From an uncultured Gammaproteobacteria bacterium (GTDB taxonomy: Bacteria > Patescibacteriota > Microgenomatia > CAYXHB01 > CAZYTL01): a DNA stretch of 64,000 nucleotides. Position 1 is the first letter of the stretch; each line of letters opens with the position of its first letter. Under the pieces are notes generated by a model. It did no database searches, was not told where the DNA came from, and saw only the letters and a program-made list of their open reading frames with translations. The DNA is taken from assembly GCA_964650355.1 (NCBI GenBank), contig CAZYTL010000002.1, positions 6,964 through 70,963 on the forward strand. Reading direction: 5' to 3'. This document shows positions 1 through 9,146 of the stretch, piece by piece. The position numbers were made by a program, and so were the translations under genes.

Positions 1-662
1 CAATTTGGGGAAAGATTTTTTGCTGCAAATATGACTCATCTGCCGGACTAGTTTTGCCAGCTAAGATGAGTTTGATTTTAAGCGTTTTAGCTGTTTTGAT
101 GGCCAAGTCTGGACCTTTTTGTGGAGATAGTCGAGCTAAAAACAATAAATATTTTTGTGGTTTTGAATTATACGGGAAACGGCTGAGATCTAATCCGTTG
201 TGAACTATACCTTGGAAATTCAGGAATTTGAACTCTTTGGCTATAGCATGGGAAATAGCGATAAAATTTTGGTGTTTATATCTTTTGAGAAGTTGGAGTT
301 CCTGAGTGAAGAATTCTCCATATTCTATGGTATGAACCACAGGAGTCGACACTAAACTAGAGAACAGAAGTCCCTTGTGTTCTACATGGCAATCCATGAT
401 GTCAAACTGATCTGCCATCTGAAACGCCCGGCTCAGATGATGATATTCGGTGAGTTCTGAATAGGGATGAGCGGATGAGTAGGGTTTAGGAGTAATACTA
501 ATCAGGCGGGCAGAAGTTCGGGAGTTTCCGGTGGCAAATAAAGTGACTTGGTGTCCACGTTTAATCAATCCTTCAGCTAAGTTACCAACCAGTACGCCAG
601 TACCCCCGGTTGAGTAAGGATCGGTCGGTTCCCAAAGTTTGGAAATAAGCGCAATTTTCATA
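1..662 (-). CDS. Glycosyltransferase family 4 (GT-B fold), partial. The N-terminal part lies in the window and the gene continues beyond the window start.
   Basis: The reverse-strand translation starting at the ATG at 662 reads MKIALISKLWEPTDPYSTGGTGVLVGNLAEGLIKRGHQVTLFATG..., a typical GT4 N-terminal domain. The ORF runs off the window edge, so it is absent from the complete-ORF track. Confidence 0.5.
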
Positions 663-837
663 CTCTGAGTTTATCCGCATTTTCATCTGTGATCAGCCTG
701 CTCAGCTGGTGGATTTTTGATTTATCTTAACATATAATAGTGCGGCAGTCTTGGCATACTCCGTTCGCCGTAACTGATTGCATATTTGAGATATTGACTA
801 AAACAGATATAATAGGGGCCAGGAAATCAATTATTTA

Positions 838-1380
838 ATGAAAAGAGGGCGATACAAACGAGCTGAACAAAAAATAAAGCATCGGATTAATCAACAAATA
901 AGAGCTCCTGAGGTGCGACTGATAGGCCAAGATGGTAAACAGATCGGTCTGATGTCTGTGGCTGAGGCTTTGGCTAAGGCTAGAGAGGCCAATCTTGACT
1001 TGGTTGAGATTGCTCCTAAAGCCAAGCCTCCGGTAGTGAAGGTAATTGACTATAAGAAATTTCAATATTTGGAGTCTAAAAAGCTCAGCCAGCAAAAGAA
1101 ATCAGCCAAGAAGGGAGACTTGAAGGAAATCAGGCTCAGACCTTTTATGGCTGACGGAGATTATCAAGTGAAATTAAAACGAATTAAAGAGTTTTTGAAT
1201 GACGGGAATCAGGTGCGAGTTTCTGTGTATTTCAAAGGCAGAGAGCTCGCTCATAAATCCAAAGGGTATGAATTAGTTAGTCGGGCGTTAGCCGACTTAG
1301 GCGAAATTGCCAAGTTAGATCAACCCGCCAAGTTTGCAGGGAGAAATGTGATTGCCAATTTTTCTCCGAGTAAGAAATAG
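838..1380 (+). CDS. infC: Translation initiation factor IF-3
   Basis: 180 aa ORF with the IF-3 N- and C-domain signature (EVRLIGQDGKQIG..., LVEIAPKAKPPVVKVIDY). It lies in the conserved infC-rpmI-rplT arrangement. Confidence 0.9.
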   Translation: MKRGRYKRAEQKIKHRINQQIRAPEVRLIGQDGKQIGLMSVAEALAKAREANLDLVEIAPKAKPPVVKVIDYKKFQYLESKKLSQQKKSAKKGDLKEIRLRPFMADGDYQVKLKRIKEFLNDGNQVRVSVYFKGRELAHKSKGYELVSRALADLGEIAKLDQPAKFAGRNVIANFSPSKK

Positions 1381-1551
1381 ACAGAGGGAAAAACTGCCAG
1401 AGGAGTGCGGGGTTTTTCTTTACACAGACGGAATTTGGATGACTACGAATGTTAAGTCAACTTGCTATGGATTTGTGGGTAGTTTGTATATTATAATTGC
1501 AACCGTGGCTAAATATTAGCCGTTTCTATTTGTTTTATAATCTGTTGTTTT

Positions 1552-1746
1552 ATGAAGAAACTTAAAGTCCGTAAAGCTATTGCTAAAAGGTTTAAAATTA
1601 CTTCCACAGGAAAGGTGATTTCCCGGAGGGCTTTTCATAGCCATTTAAAGTTGAATAAATCCAAAAGCAGATTAAGAAGGATGAAAGTTCCTAATGAAAT
1701 TACCGGTAGGATGGCGACAAAGATCAAGAAAGCATTAGGAGCTTAG
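1552..1746 (+). CDS. rpmI: 50S ribosomal protein L35
   Basis: 64 aa highly basic protein ([22 protein letters not shown]...) located between infC and rplT. Confidence 0.9.
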   Translation: MKKLKVRKAIAKRFKITSTGKVISRRAFHSHLKLNKSKSRLRRMKVPNEITGRMATKIKKALGA

Positions 1747-1759
1747 TTAAAGACTAGAT

Positions 1760-2122
1760 ATGAGAGTAAAAAGTCAATCAGCTAAAAAGCACCGTAAGGT
1801 CCTCAAGATGGCCAAGGGCTACCGGATGTCCAGGAGCAAGCACTTCCGTACCGCCCAGGAGGCAGTATTGCACGCCGGTCAGCATGCCTATATTGGAAGA
1901 AAGCTAAGGAAGAGAGACAAGAGAAGAGAATGGATTACCCAAATCAATGCGGCTTTGACCCAGTTGGCCATGGAGAAAGAAGAAGCTAAATTGAAATACA
2001 GTGAATTTATTCATGGGTTGAAAAAGGCCAAGATTGAGGTTGACAGGAAAATTTTGGCCAAGTTGTCGATTGAAGATTTGGAAACGTTTAAGTTTATTGT
2101 GGAACAGGCGAAAGCGGCTTAA
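1760..2122 (+). CDS. rplT: 50S ribosomal protein L20
   Basis: 120 aa protein with a basic N-terminus (AKKHRKVLKMAKGYRMSRSKHFRTAQEAV) typical of L20. It is the third gene of the operon. Confidence 0.9.
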   Translation: MRVKSQSAKKHRKVLKMAKGYRMSRSKHFRTAQEAVLHAGQHAYIGRKLRKRDKRREWITQINAALTQLAMEKEEAKLKYSEFIHGLKKAKIEVDRKILAKLSIEDLETFKFIVEQAKAA

Positions 2123-2153
2123 TTTTAAGCCCCATCCAAACCTGTTCCAACCC

Positions 2154-2178
2154 AACCGCCAAAACAGGCGGTTTTTTG
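2154..2178 (+). terminator. Rho-independent terminator downstream of rplT
   Basis: A 7-bp stem (aaccgcc / ggcggtt) with a 6-nt loop, followed by TTTTTT. It lies between the rplT stop and the pheS start. Confidence 0.5.
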
Positions 2179-2185
2179 ATAGGAT

Positions 2186-3196
2186 ATGGATATGGATCAA
2201 CAATTGAATAATATAAAAAACGAGGCTCTGGCTCTGATATTGGAAGCGGAATCTCAGGAAGAGTTGGAGCAGGTAAGAGTGAGATACTTAAGCAAGAAAG
2301 GTAATTTGAATCAGGTATTTTCTGAATTAATGCGATCAGCAGAGGATAAAAAACAACTGGGACAGGTGTTTAATCAAACTAAACAGACTCTGTTGGAAGC
2401 ATTGGAAGACAAACAGGCTCAACTATCAACGATGCCTGATGATAGGGAATGGTTTGATGTGACCAAGATAACGGATGAGACAGCAATGGGAATGATGCAT
2501 CCGATTAATCTGATGATTAGAGAAATGAACCAGTTTTTCCGTTCCTATGGATTTTCGGTGATGGACGGACCGGAAATCGAAAGTGATGAGTACAATTTTC
2601 AGAGACTAAATCTGCCGCCTGATCACCCGGCCAGGGACTTGCAGGATACGCTTTATATTAAAGAACCGAATATTCTCTTGAGGACTCATACTTCTTCTGT
2701 GGAAACCAGAGTAGTGGCTAAATACAAACCACCTTTCCGGGTGGTGGTGCCCGGGAAGTCATACCGCTATGAAACCATGAACCCCTCAAATACAGTGATG
2801 TTTTTTCAATACCAGGGTTTCAATGTAGAAAGAAACATTTCGATGTCTAACTTGAAGTGGATTTTAGAAAAATTTGTGCATTATTTTTACGGTACTAAAC
2901 AGGAGATGAGGTTTCGTTGTAAGTACTATCCAGAAGTCGAACCCACAGCCGGATTGGATCTGGCTTGTTCGTTCTGTAACAAAAAGGGGTGTGCGGTGTG
3001 TAAATACCGCGGATGGTTGGAAATGATCGGTTGCGGCATGATGCATCCTAATATTATGAAAACTGCCGGCATAGATCCTCAAAAATGGTCGGGATTCGCT
3101 TGGGGTATGGGACTGGATCGCCTGGTGATGACGAAATTTAATATTCCTGACGTGCGAATGTTGACCAACGGATCGATTACCTATCCAAATACATAA
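2186..3196 (+). CDS. pheS: Phenylalanine--tRNA ligase alpha subunit
   Basis: 336 aa with a class II catalytic core (FRSYGFSVMDGPEIESDEYNF, motif 2/3 regions). It is followed directly by pheT. Confidence 0.9.
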   Translation: MDMDQQLNNIKNEALALILEAESQEELEQVRVRYLSKKGNLNQVFSELMRSAEDKKQLGQVFNQTKQTLLEALEDKQAQLSTMPDDREWFDVTKITDETAMGMMHPINLMIREMNQFFRSYGFSVMDGPEIESDEYNFQRLNLPPDHPARDLQDTLYIKEPNILLRTHTSSVETRVVAKYKPPFRVVVPGKSYRYETMNPSNTVMFFQYQGFNVERNISMSNLKWILEKFVHYFYGTKQEMRFRCKYYPEVEPTAGLDLACSFCNKKGCAVCKYRGWLEMIGCGMMHPNIMKTAGIDPQKWSGFAWGMGLDRLVMTKFNIPDVRMLTNGSITYPNT

Positions 3197-3203
3197 ATTT
3201 TAT

Positions 3204-5993
3204 ATGTTAGTCCCGCTTTCCTGGTTAAAACGGTATGTAGAAGTGCCCAAGAGGTTGTCTGAGTTGACGGATAAATTGACTTACGCCGGGCATATGCTGG
3301 ATAAGGTGCTGCAAGTTGATGGTGAGACAGTGATCGACTTGGAACTGAGAGGAAATCGTGAAGATTTATTCGGAATTCTAGGCATTGCCAGGGAAGTAGC
3401 AGCTTTGTTCGATGTGCCGATTAACCTCCCCCAGGAGCCTGACTTGAATAAAATCCCGCAATCGAATTCCGGCAAGAAGGTGAAAGTCGAAGTGCAGGAT
3501 ACTGAATTGATCAATCGGTTCTTTTCTATTGAAATTACTGATCTGAAAGTTGGTCCTTCGCCCAAATGGCTGGAGCAAATTTTAAAACAGATGAGCACTC
3601 CGGCTATCAATAACGTCGTGGATGTCACCAATTACATCATGTTTCTCACTGCCCAACCGTTACACGCTTTTGACAGAAATAAAATTAATCAGGGAAGATT
3701 AATTCTTCGTCAGGGCGACGGAAAGCTAAAGTTCACGACTTTCGAAGGCACCCAAGTGACAGCAACCAAACAAGATTTGATTGCTAGCGATCCGGAAAAA
3801 TGCTTGGGGTTATTAGGGGTAATTGGCGAGAAATACTCCGGAGTAGGCAAAGACACCACTGCGATTTTACTGGAAGGAGGTAATTATAATCAGCCGAGTG
3901 TAAGAAGATCTAGTCGAAGACATAAATTAAGAACAGACGCGGCCTTACGTCTAGAAAAAAATATTGATCCCCTGCTTCCACCATATGCAGTGAAATTGTG
4001 TACCGAGCTGATCTGTAAGCTGGCCCAGGGAAAGGTGGTGGCCGGAAGCGTGGGTGATTACGAGAAAAAAAAGCATCATAATCCGTGGAAAACGATTTTA
4101 TTCACTACTGATGAAGTCAAAAGATTGGGCAATATGCAAGTTTCCCAAGAGGAAGCAAGAAACATTTTCAAACGGTTGGATTTACCGTCCAAATTGATAG
4201 GTGCCAAAGTTGAAGTGCAAATTCCGTGGAGAAGGTCGGATATTGAGGGAGAAGCAGATCTGGTTGAGGAAGTTTTAAGGGTGATTGGCTACGAAAATAT
4301 CCCCAGCGAACCGATCAGCAACCCGGTACCCAAATCTATCGAACCACCGCATTTGCTGTTGGAAGAAAAGGTGAGAGATATCTTGGTCGGACAGGGATTT
4401 AAAGAGAATGTGAGCGATTCGTTCATCAGCCAAGATGACCAGGAATTGTTTTTCGGAAGTCAAAGTCAGGCAATTAAGATTGTTAATCCTACTTCACCGG
4501 AAACTGCTTTGCTGCGCACTTCCCTACTCCCCGCCCAAATAAAATTGGTACAGAAATTATTAAATTTGCACAAGCAAAATATTTCCTGGTTCGAGATCGG
4601 AAAGGTATATTGGGAGACAAAGCAGTCGGATTCTAAAAGTAACTATCAGGAAGAGATTCATTTGTCAGGAGCGATAGTGCTGGGAATAGACACGGAAAAA
4701 TTTTACGGTCGATCTCTGGCAAAAATGAGACGATTGTTAAATTATTTGGGGATTTGGGATTTGAAAGTTCAACCTCAAGCTGATCATTTGCTGATGAGCA
4801 AAGAAGGATCTACAAGTATTTATCAGCAGCAAAGATTGTTAGTCCAGATGGGTTTGTTGCGCACGGACGTAAAACAAGCACTGAATATCCAACCGGATGT
4901 TTTTTTGTTTGATGCTAAGATTGATGATTTATTAAAAGCAAAGACTGAACTGCCTAGAGTGCTAGAATCTGACTATCCTCCCGTCATTGAGGATCTGACG
5001 TTTATGCTGCCTTCGGAAACTTACATTCAACCGGTGATCGATGAGATTTATGGCGTGGATAAATTAATTAATAAAGTCGACTTAGTTGACAGTTATGAAG
5101 ATGCCCGGACCTTTAGGATTTATTACCAAAGCCGGAAAAAGAGTTTAAGCGATAACGAAGTGGAACCAATTCGGATGAGGATTGTGAAGGACTTGGAAGG
5201 GAAATTTAAAGCTAAGTTGAAAGGGGAAATTTTAACAGCTACAAGAAAAACAGAGCAGCAAACTACTCGCCCAAAATCAATAAAAGACAAGAAGGATATA
5301 AAAACGGAAGCAATATATTATTCCAATCCATATCAAAAAGAGCTTGAATGTAGTGTACTCGCTATAGAATCAAAAGGAAATTTGTTAAATGTTATTTTAG
5401 ATAAGACTGTTTTTTACCCACAAGGTGGCGGCCAGCCATCTGATCACGGAATGATTGGCAAAGCCAAAGTCAAACACGTATTAATGTCAAAAGGTCAAAT
5501 AATTCATCAAGTAAAAGGCGATCTAAACGTAGGAGATAAAGTAAAAGCGTTTTTAGACTGGGAACGTCGATATAAGTATATGAAAATTCACACGGCAGGT
5601 CATTTAATTCATGATGCTTTCATGACCATGGTCGAGGATTTAGTACCCATTAAGGCTGACCACGGTGACAATGCTTATCTTGAATATCAGGGCGAGTTAA
5701 AGGTCAATTTAAAATCTCAATTAGAAAGGTTAGTCGATCAATATATTAGTGATGATTTACCTGTAACGACAAAACAGACCACCTATGAAGATTTAGTGAA
5801 AGACTGTCCGTTTGTACCTCAAAACTTGCCTAAAGATAAACCACTTAGGGTGATTAAAATCAACAATTTCCCAACCATGCCAGATGGTGGTGTACATGTC
5901 AAAAGTACTCAAGAGATTGGGTCTGTGGTGATAGAAAGCATCTCCTCTTTTGACAACAAGACGGTGGTCAAATATCGTGTTTTAAATTCTTAG
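3204..5993 (+). CDS. pheT: Phenylalanine--tRNA ligase beta subunit with a C-terminal AlaX-M-like (tRNA_SAD) editing-domain extension
   Basis: 929 aa. The B3/B4 region (NNVVDVTNYIMFLTAQPLHAFD), the B5 region and the FDX-ACB-like region are recognisable. The last ~240 aa carry FYPQGGGQPSDHG, HTAGHLIH and DGGVHV motifs, as in AlaX/AlaRS/ThrRS editing domains. Confidence 0.85.
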   Translation: MLVPLSWLKRYVEVPKRLSELTDKLTYAGHMLDKVLQVDGETVIDLELRGNREDLFGILGIAREVAALFDVPINLPQEPDLNKIPQSNSGKKVKVEVQDTELINRFFSIEITDLKVGPSPKWLEQILKQMSTPAINNVVDVTNYIMFLTAQPLHAFDRNKINQGRLILRQGDGKLKFTTFEGTQVTATKQDLIASDPEKCLGLLGVIGEKYSGVGKDTTAILLEGGNYNQPSVRRSSRRHKLRTDAALRLEKNIDPLLPPYAVKLCTELICKLAQGKVVAGSVGDYEKKKHHNPWKTILFTTDEVKRLGNMQVSQEEARNIFKRLDLPSKLIGAKVEVQIPWRRSDIEGEADLVEEVLRVIGYENIPSEPISNPVPKSIEPPHLLLEEKVRDILVGQGFKENVSDSFISQDDQELFFGSQSQAIKIVNPTSPETALLRTSLLPAQIKLVQKLLNLHKQNISWFEIGKVYWETKQSDSKSNYQEEIHLSGAIVLGIDTEKFYGRSLAKMRRLLNYLGIWDLKVQPQADHLLMSKEGSTSIYQQQRLLVQMGLLRTDVKQALNIQPDVFLFDAKIDDLLKAKTELPRVLESDYPPVIEDLTFMLPSETYIQPVIDEIYGVDKLINKVDLVDSYEDARTFRIYYQSRKKSLSDNEVEPIRMRIVKDLEGKFKAKLKGEILTATRKTEQQTTRPKSIKDKKDIKTEAIYYSNPYQKELECSVLAIESKGNLLNVILDKTVFYPQGGGQPSDHGMIGKAKVKHVLMSKGQIIHQVKGDLNVGDKVKAFLDWERRYKYMKIHTAGHLIHDAFMTMVEDLVPIKADHGDNAYLEYQGELKVNLKSQLERLVDQYISDDLPVTTKQTTYEDLVKDCPFVPQNLPKDKPLRVIKINNFPTMPDGGVHVKSTQEIGSVVIESISSFDNKTVVKYRVLNS

Positions 5994-6016
5994 TTAAAAT
6001 TTATTCCTTTATCCCA

Positions 6017-6190
6017 TCTTTGATTTTGCCATCGTGGATGTGGATTTGGTGCTTGGTGCGTTTGGCAACTAAAGAACTATGAGTGACGACTATGTTAGAG
6101 CTCTGGTAATGGCGGTGCTTTGCTGTCCGTCCCCGGAGATTTTATTGGGATAAAATTTTTTTAGGTGGGCAATGCCAAACCGATCCTTGA
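6017..6190 (-). pseudogene. Degraded partial duplicate of the ABC ATPase gene at 7251..7946 (C-terminal and signature-motif segments with an internal deletion)
   Basis: 6017-6066 is identical to 7283-7332 (50/50 nt). 6100-6190 aligns with about 7470-7565 at roughly 85% identity. About 105 bp are missing between the two blocks. No intact ORF remains. Confidence 0.55.
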
Positions 6191-6211
6191 ACACACACCA
6201 TGCACATTTTT

Positions 6212-7198
6212 CTATGCTCGCGTTTGGACGACCTGGTAAAGAGGTACTTCAAATTCTTGCTCGGTTCTTCTAAGAATCGGGTTATCGATTGGAAATTGTT
6301 CACTTTGCTTTGGAGGAGTACTTAACCCTATCCCCCCTAACGCTAAATACCTATCAACGTATAATCCCAAATTAGGTTCGCCTTTTTTGGGAAAGTAATA
6401 AGGAGCAAGAATGTTGCTAGGCCATACTCCATTAGGCTGATCTCCTAGCTTAGATAAAAAATAATCAGTTGCTTCGCTAGCCATACCTTGCTCTGCTAAA
6501 GGTTGTGCCGGATCCCAGGCCGAAACAATAATTATCTCTACTTTTTGTTGCCAAGCATCCTTTATTGGCTGCCGCAGTAATCCAATTTGTTCTGGTCCGT
6601 TTAGCATATTGACACGGAAACCTCGGGTATAACTTTTTCCTCCCAAACCAATTTGCGGTGGCCAAGGAGCTTTGATCGTGGCTTCTGTATATCCTCCCAT
6701 TAAGCTCGTCCAAGGAATTGTTACTATGCCAAATGCTCCTGTCTCACCACTACCAGTAATTTTTGCGTGCTGAAATAATACTTCACCTTCCAAATCGATG
6801 GTTGGTTTATATATCGATGTCGAATGTTCCAGATCTTGAATACTAACTGGTAAAACTTGATTTTTATCATCATCTTCTCTAACTTTATCCTTTAATGAAC
6901 TTGGTCTCGCCCTGAGAGGTTGGGGTTCACCAATCAACTCTACATCACCTTTCTTAATCCATTCAGCAAATGGCCCAAGGCGAGTATCTAAATAGAGAGT
7001 AGGAGATCTCTCGACATCTCTTTCAGGTGCTACCCGGGAAGAAGCTAACTCTTGTGAGTCAGGTGTGGGTATTAGACGACCTAATGCAGCACCTGCAGCA
7101 AAGATAGTTCCTGTCCTTATTGCTTCAAGTAGTTGTCTCCTAGTAATTCCTAACCTTGTCTTTTCATCATCAGGAAGGGCATTTTCTGCTTCGGTCAT
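6212..7198 (-). CDS. Secreted protein of unknown function with a twin-arginine (Tat) signal peptide
   Basis: 328 aa. The N-terminus TRRQLLEAIRTGTIFAAGAALG matches the Tat consensus (RRxLL plus an h-region). No recognisable catalytic motifs. Confidence 0.6.
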   Translation of the reverse strand: MTEAENALPDDEKTRLGITRRQLLEAIRTGTIFAAGAALGRLIPTPDSQELASSRVAPERDVERSPTLYLDTRLGPFAEWIKKGDVELIGEPQPLRARPSSLKDKVREDDDKNQVLPVSIQDLEHSTSIYKPTIDLEGEVLFQHAKITGSGETGAFGIVTIPWTSLMGGYTEATIKAPWPPQIGLGGKSYTRGFRVNMLNGPEQIGLLRQPIKDAWQQKVEIIIVSAWDPAQPLAEQGMASEATDYFLSKLGDQPNGVWPSNILAPYYFPKKGEPNLGLYVDRYLALGGIGLSTPPKQSEQFPIDNPILRRTEQEFEVPLYQVVQTRA

Positions 7199-7250
7199 AA
7201 TTTACTGAGCTTATTGTAACACAAAAACTTAAATATAATCGTTTGTATAC

Positions 7251-7946
7251 TCAATCTTTCGAAGCAGATAAGTGAAGACCGTCTTTGATTTTGCCATCGT
7301 GGATGTGGATTTGGTGCTTGGTGCGTTTGGCTACTAAAGGGTCATGGGTGACGACGATAATGGTGACTTTTAGTTCTTGATTCAACTCTTCAATTAATTG
7401 AAGTATCTCACTACCTGTCTTGGAGTCTAAATTTCCGGTAGGTTCGTCTGCAAGAACTATTTTGGGATTCATAATTAGAGCTCGAGCAATGGCGGTTCTT
7501 TGTTGTTCGCCTCCGGAGATTTTATTAGGGTAAAAGTTTTTCCGGTGAGCAATACCGAAGCGGTCCATGAGTTCCTGGGCTTTGGTATTGGGATTGTAAG
7601 ATAATTTCACGCGGGCGTAAATGGTTGGAAGTAAAATGTTTTCCATGACGGTGAGTTTGTTGATCAAATTAAATTGCTGAAAAACGAACCCGATCAGTTG
7701 ATTCCGGAGTTTGGAAATTTGTCTGTCCGACAGTTGGGCAACATCTTTACCATCTATGAGTAACTGTCCACTGGTGGGAGTATCCAACAGGCCAATGATG
7801 TGCATGAGAGTGGACTTGCCCGATCCAGATGCACCCAAGATACCCAGAAATTCTCCGTCTTTGATCTTCAATGAGATTCCCCTCAGTACTTCGGTAGATT
7901 CTTTGCCGATTTGGAAGGATTTGGTGATGTTGCGAAGTTCTACCAT
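7251..7946 (-). CDS. ABC transporter ATP-binding protein, MacB/LolD/DevA-like
   Basis: Walker A (GASGSGKST), signature (ISGGEQQR), Walker B ([12 protein letters not shown]) and H-loop (VTHD). 231 aa. Confidence 0.85.
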   Translation of the reverse strand: MVELRNITKSFQIGKESTEVLRGISLKIKDGEFLGILGASGSGKSTLMHIIGLLDTPTSGQLLIDGKDVAQLSDRQISKLRNQLIGFVFQQFNLINKLTVMENILLPTIYARVKLSYNPNTKAQELMDRFGIAHRKNFYPNKISGGEQQRTAIARALIMNPKIVLADEPTGNLDSKTGSEILQLIEELNQELKVTIIVVTHDPLVAKRTKHQIHIHDGKIKDGLHLSASKD

Positions 7947-7968
7947 GGAGGTTGGATATTAAAACTCA

Positions 7969-8973
7969 CTAGCTCTTCAGATTGTAAATCACGTCTCCTG
8001 CTTTGATCTGGTCACTGATGATTTCGGCATCCTCGTCCGTCTCAATGCCGGTTTGGATATAGACTTTGTTTTCCGGGTTATTAACTAGTAGATATTCGCC
8101 CTGATCATCTGATTTAATATATTGAAGTGGAGCATAAAGTACGTCTGTCTTTTTATCGGTAACAAAAGTGGCGTCTCCGGTCATGCCTAAGCGGTAAAGG
8201 AGCTGGCGATTGTCCAAGTCCTGAAAGTCGACTGATACTTCATAGACAGTACCGGTTTCACCTGTTTGAGGTGTAAAAGCAATCCGGTCGATAATACCGG
8301 AAAGGTGTTCGTCAGGAAAGGCATCGAGAACGATTTTGACCGCTTGTTGAGAGTAAAGTTTGACTACTTCCGTTTGGTCTGCGCTGACTTTAAAATAAAT
8401 GGTTTCCGGATTGACGACTTCGAACTGAGTGGTGGTGTAAACGATATTGGTACCGGGTTGGGCGTTGCTGACTCTGATAACGACTCCGGAAATCGGTGTG
8501 GTCAAGGTGGCGTATTTAACAGCCAAATCTTGGATTTCCACATCAATGACCGTGTTGTCTAAATCTTTTTGGCCTTTATCTAAAATTCTTCTGAGTTCGT
8601 CGTCTAAAACATTATCGCGGTAGTCATATCTTTCTTGTTCGAAGTCCCATCTTTCTTTGACATAAAGGTTAAGTTTTTTTTGCAGGGTTTTTTGCAGTTC
8701 TCTTTGGTCTAAACCAGCGATAGCCTGGTATTTGTCAACCAAATCGCCTTCTTTGACTCCTACCCAAGCCAGCCTGCCTGAAGATTGAAATTGGAGTACG
8801 GTGTGTTCATGAGCAGCCAGTTCTCCGGACAGAACTAACTCTTGGCTAAGATCTCCCTGCTGAATGGTTTCGGTGTCGTACTGGGGTTGGTTTTTGGATC
8901 GCCAATAGCGATATCCGCCATAGACCAAGACTATAAGAATTAAGATAATCAGCAGGCGTTTGGGCTTGAACAT
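7969..8973 (-). CDS. Periplasmic adaptor / membrane fusion protein (HlyD/MacA family)
   Basis: An N-terminal TM anchor (RLLIILILIVLVYGGY) is followed by a coiled-coil and beta-barrel-like sequence typical of membrane fusion proteins. I chose the internal Met (MFKPKRLL) as the start rather than the ORF-track start at 9015. Confidence 0.7.
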   Translation of the reverse strand: MFKPKRLLIILILIVLVYGGYRYWRSKNQPQYDTETIQQGDLSQELVLSGELAAHEHTVLQFQSSGRLAWVGVKEGDLVDKYQAIAGLDQRELQKTLQKKLNLYVKERWDFEQERYDYRDNVLDDELRRILDKGQKDLDNTVIDVEIQDLAVKYATLTTPISGVVIRVSNAQPGTNIVYTTTQFEVVNPETIYFKVSADQTEVVKLYSQQAVKIVLDAFPDEHLSGIIDRIAFTPQTGETGTVYEVSVDFQDLDNRQLLYRLGMTGDATFVTDKKTDVLYAPLQYIKSDDQGEYLLVNNPENKVYIQTGIETDEDAEIISDQIKAGDVIYNLKS

Positions 8974-9146
8974 GGTTTCTCTGTTTAGGTACCTGGTGGT
9001 ATTAATGAAACACAAATCACTGAATATTATACCGCCTCTGCTTCTAAAGTATCCTCATTGTAGCAGAAATTTCACTTGATGTGTGTTTTTACCAGAATTC
9101 AATTTTCGGGTTTTTAAGTTCGATGAATTTTCTGTACAATAGATCC

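Noticed and set aside
835-1095. An 86-aa minus-strand ORF overlapping infC.
   Set aside because: It is antisense to a highly conserved IF-3 coding sequence and has no homology features.
8266-8562. A 98-aa plus-strand ORF inside the membrane-fusion-protein gene. Similarly embedded ORFs lie inside the Clp, PilB, ABC exporter, YfhO and histidine kinase genes (for example 10581..10931, 26761..27164, 31284..31553, 48439..48660, 60657..60899).
   Set aside because: These are embedded antisense or out-of-frame ORFs within well-supported genes. I judge them spurious.
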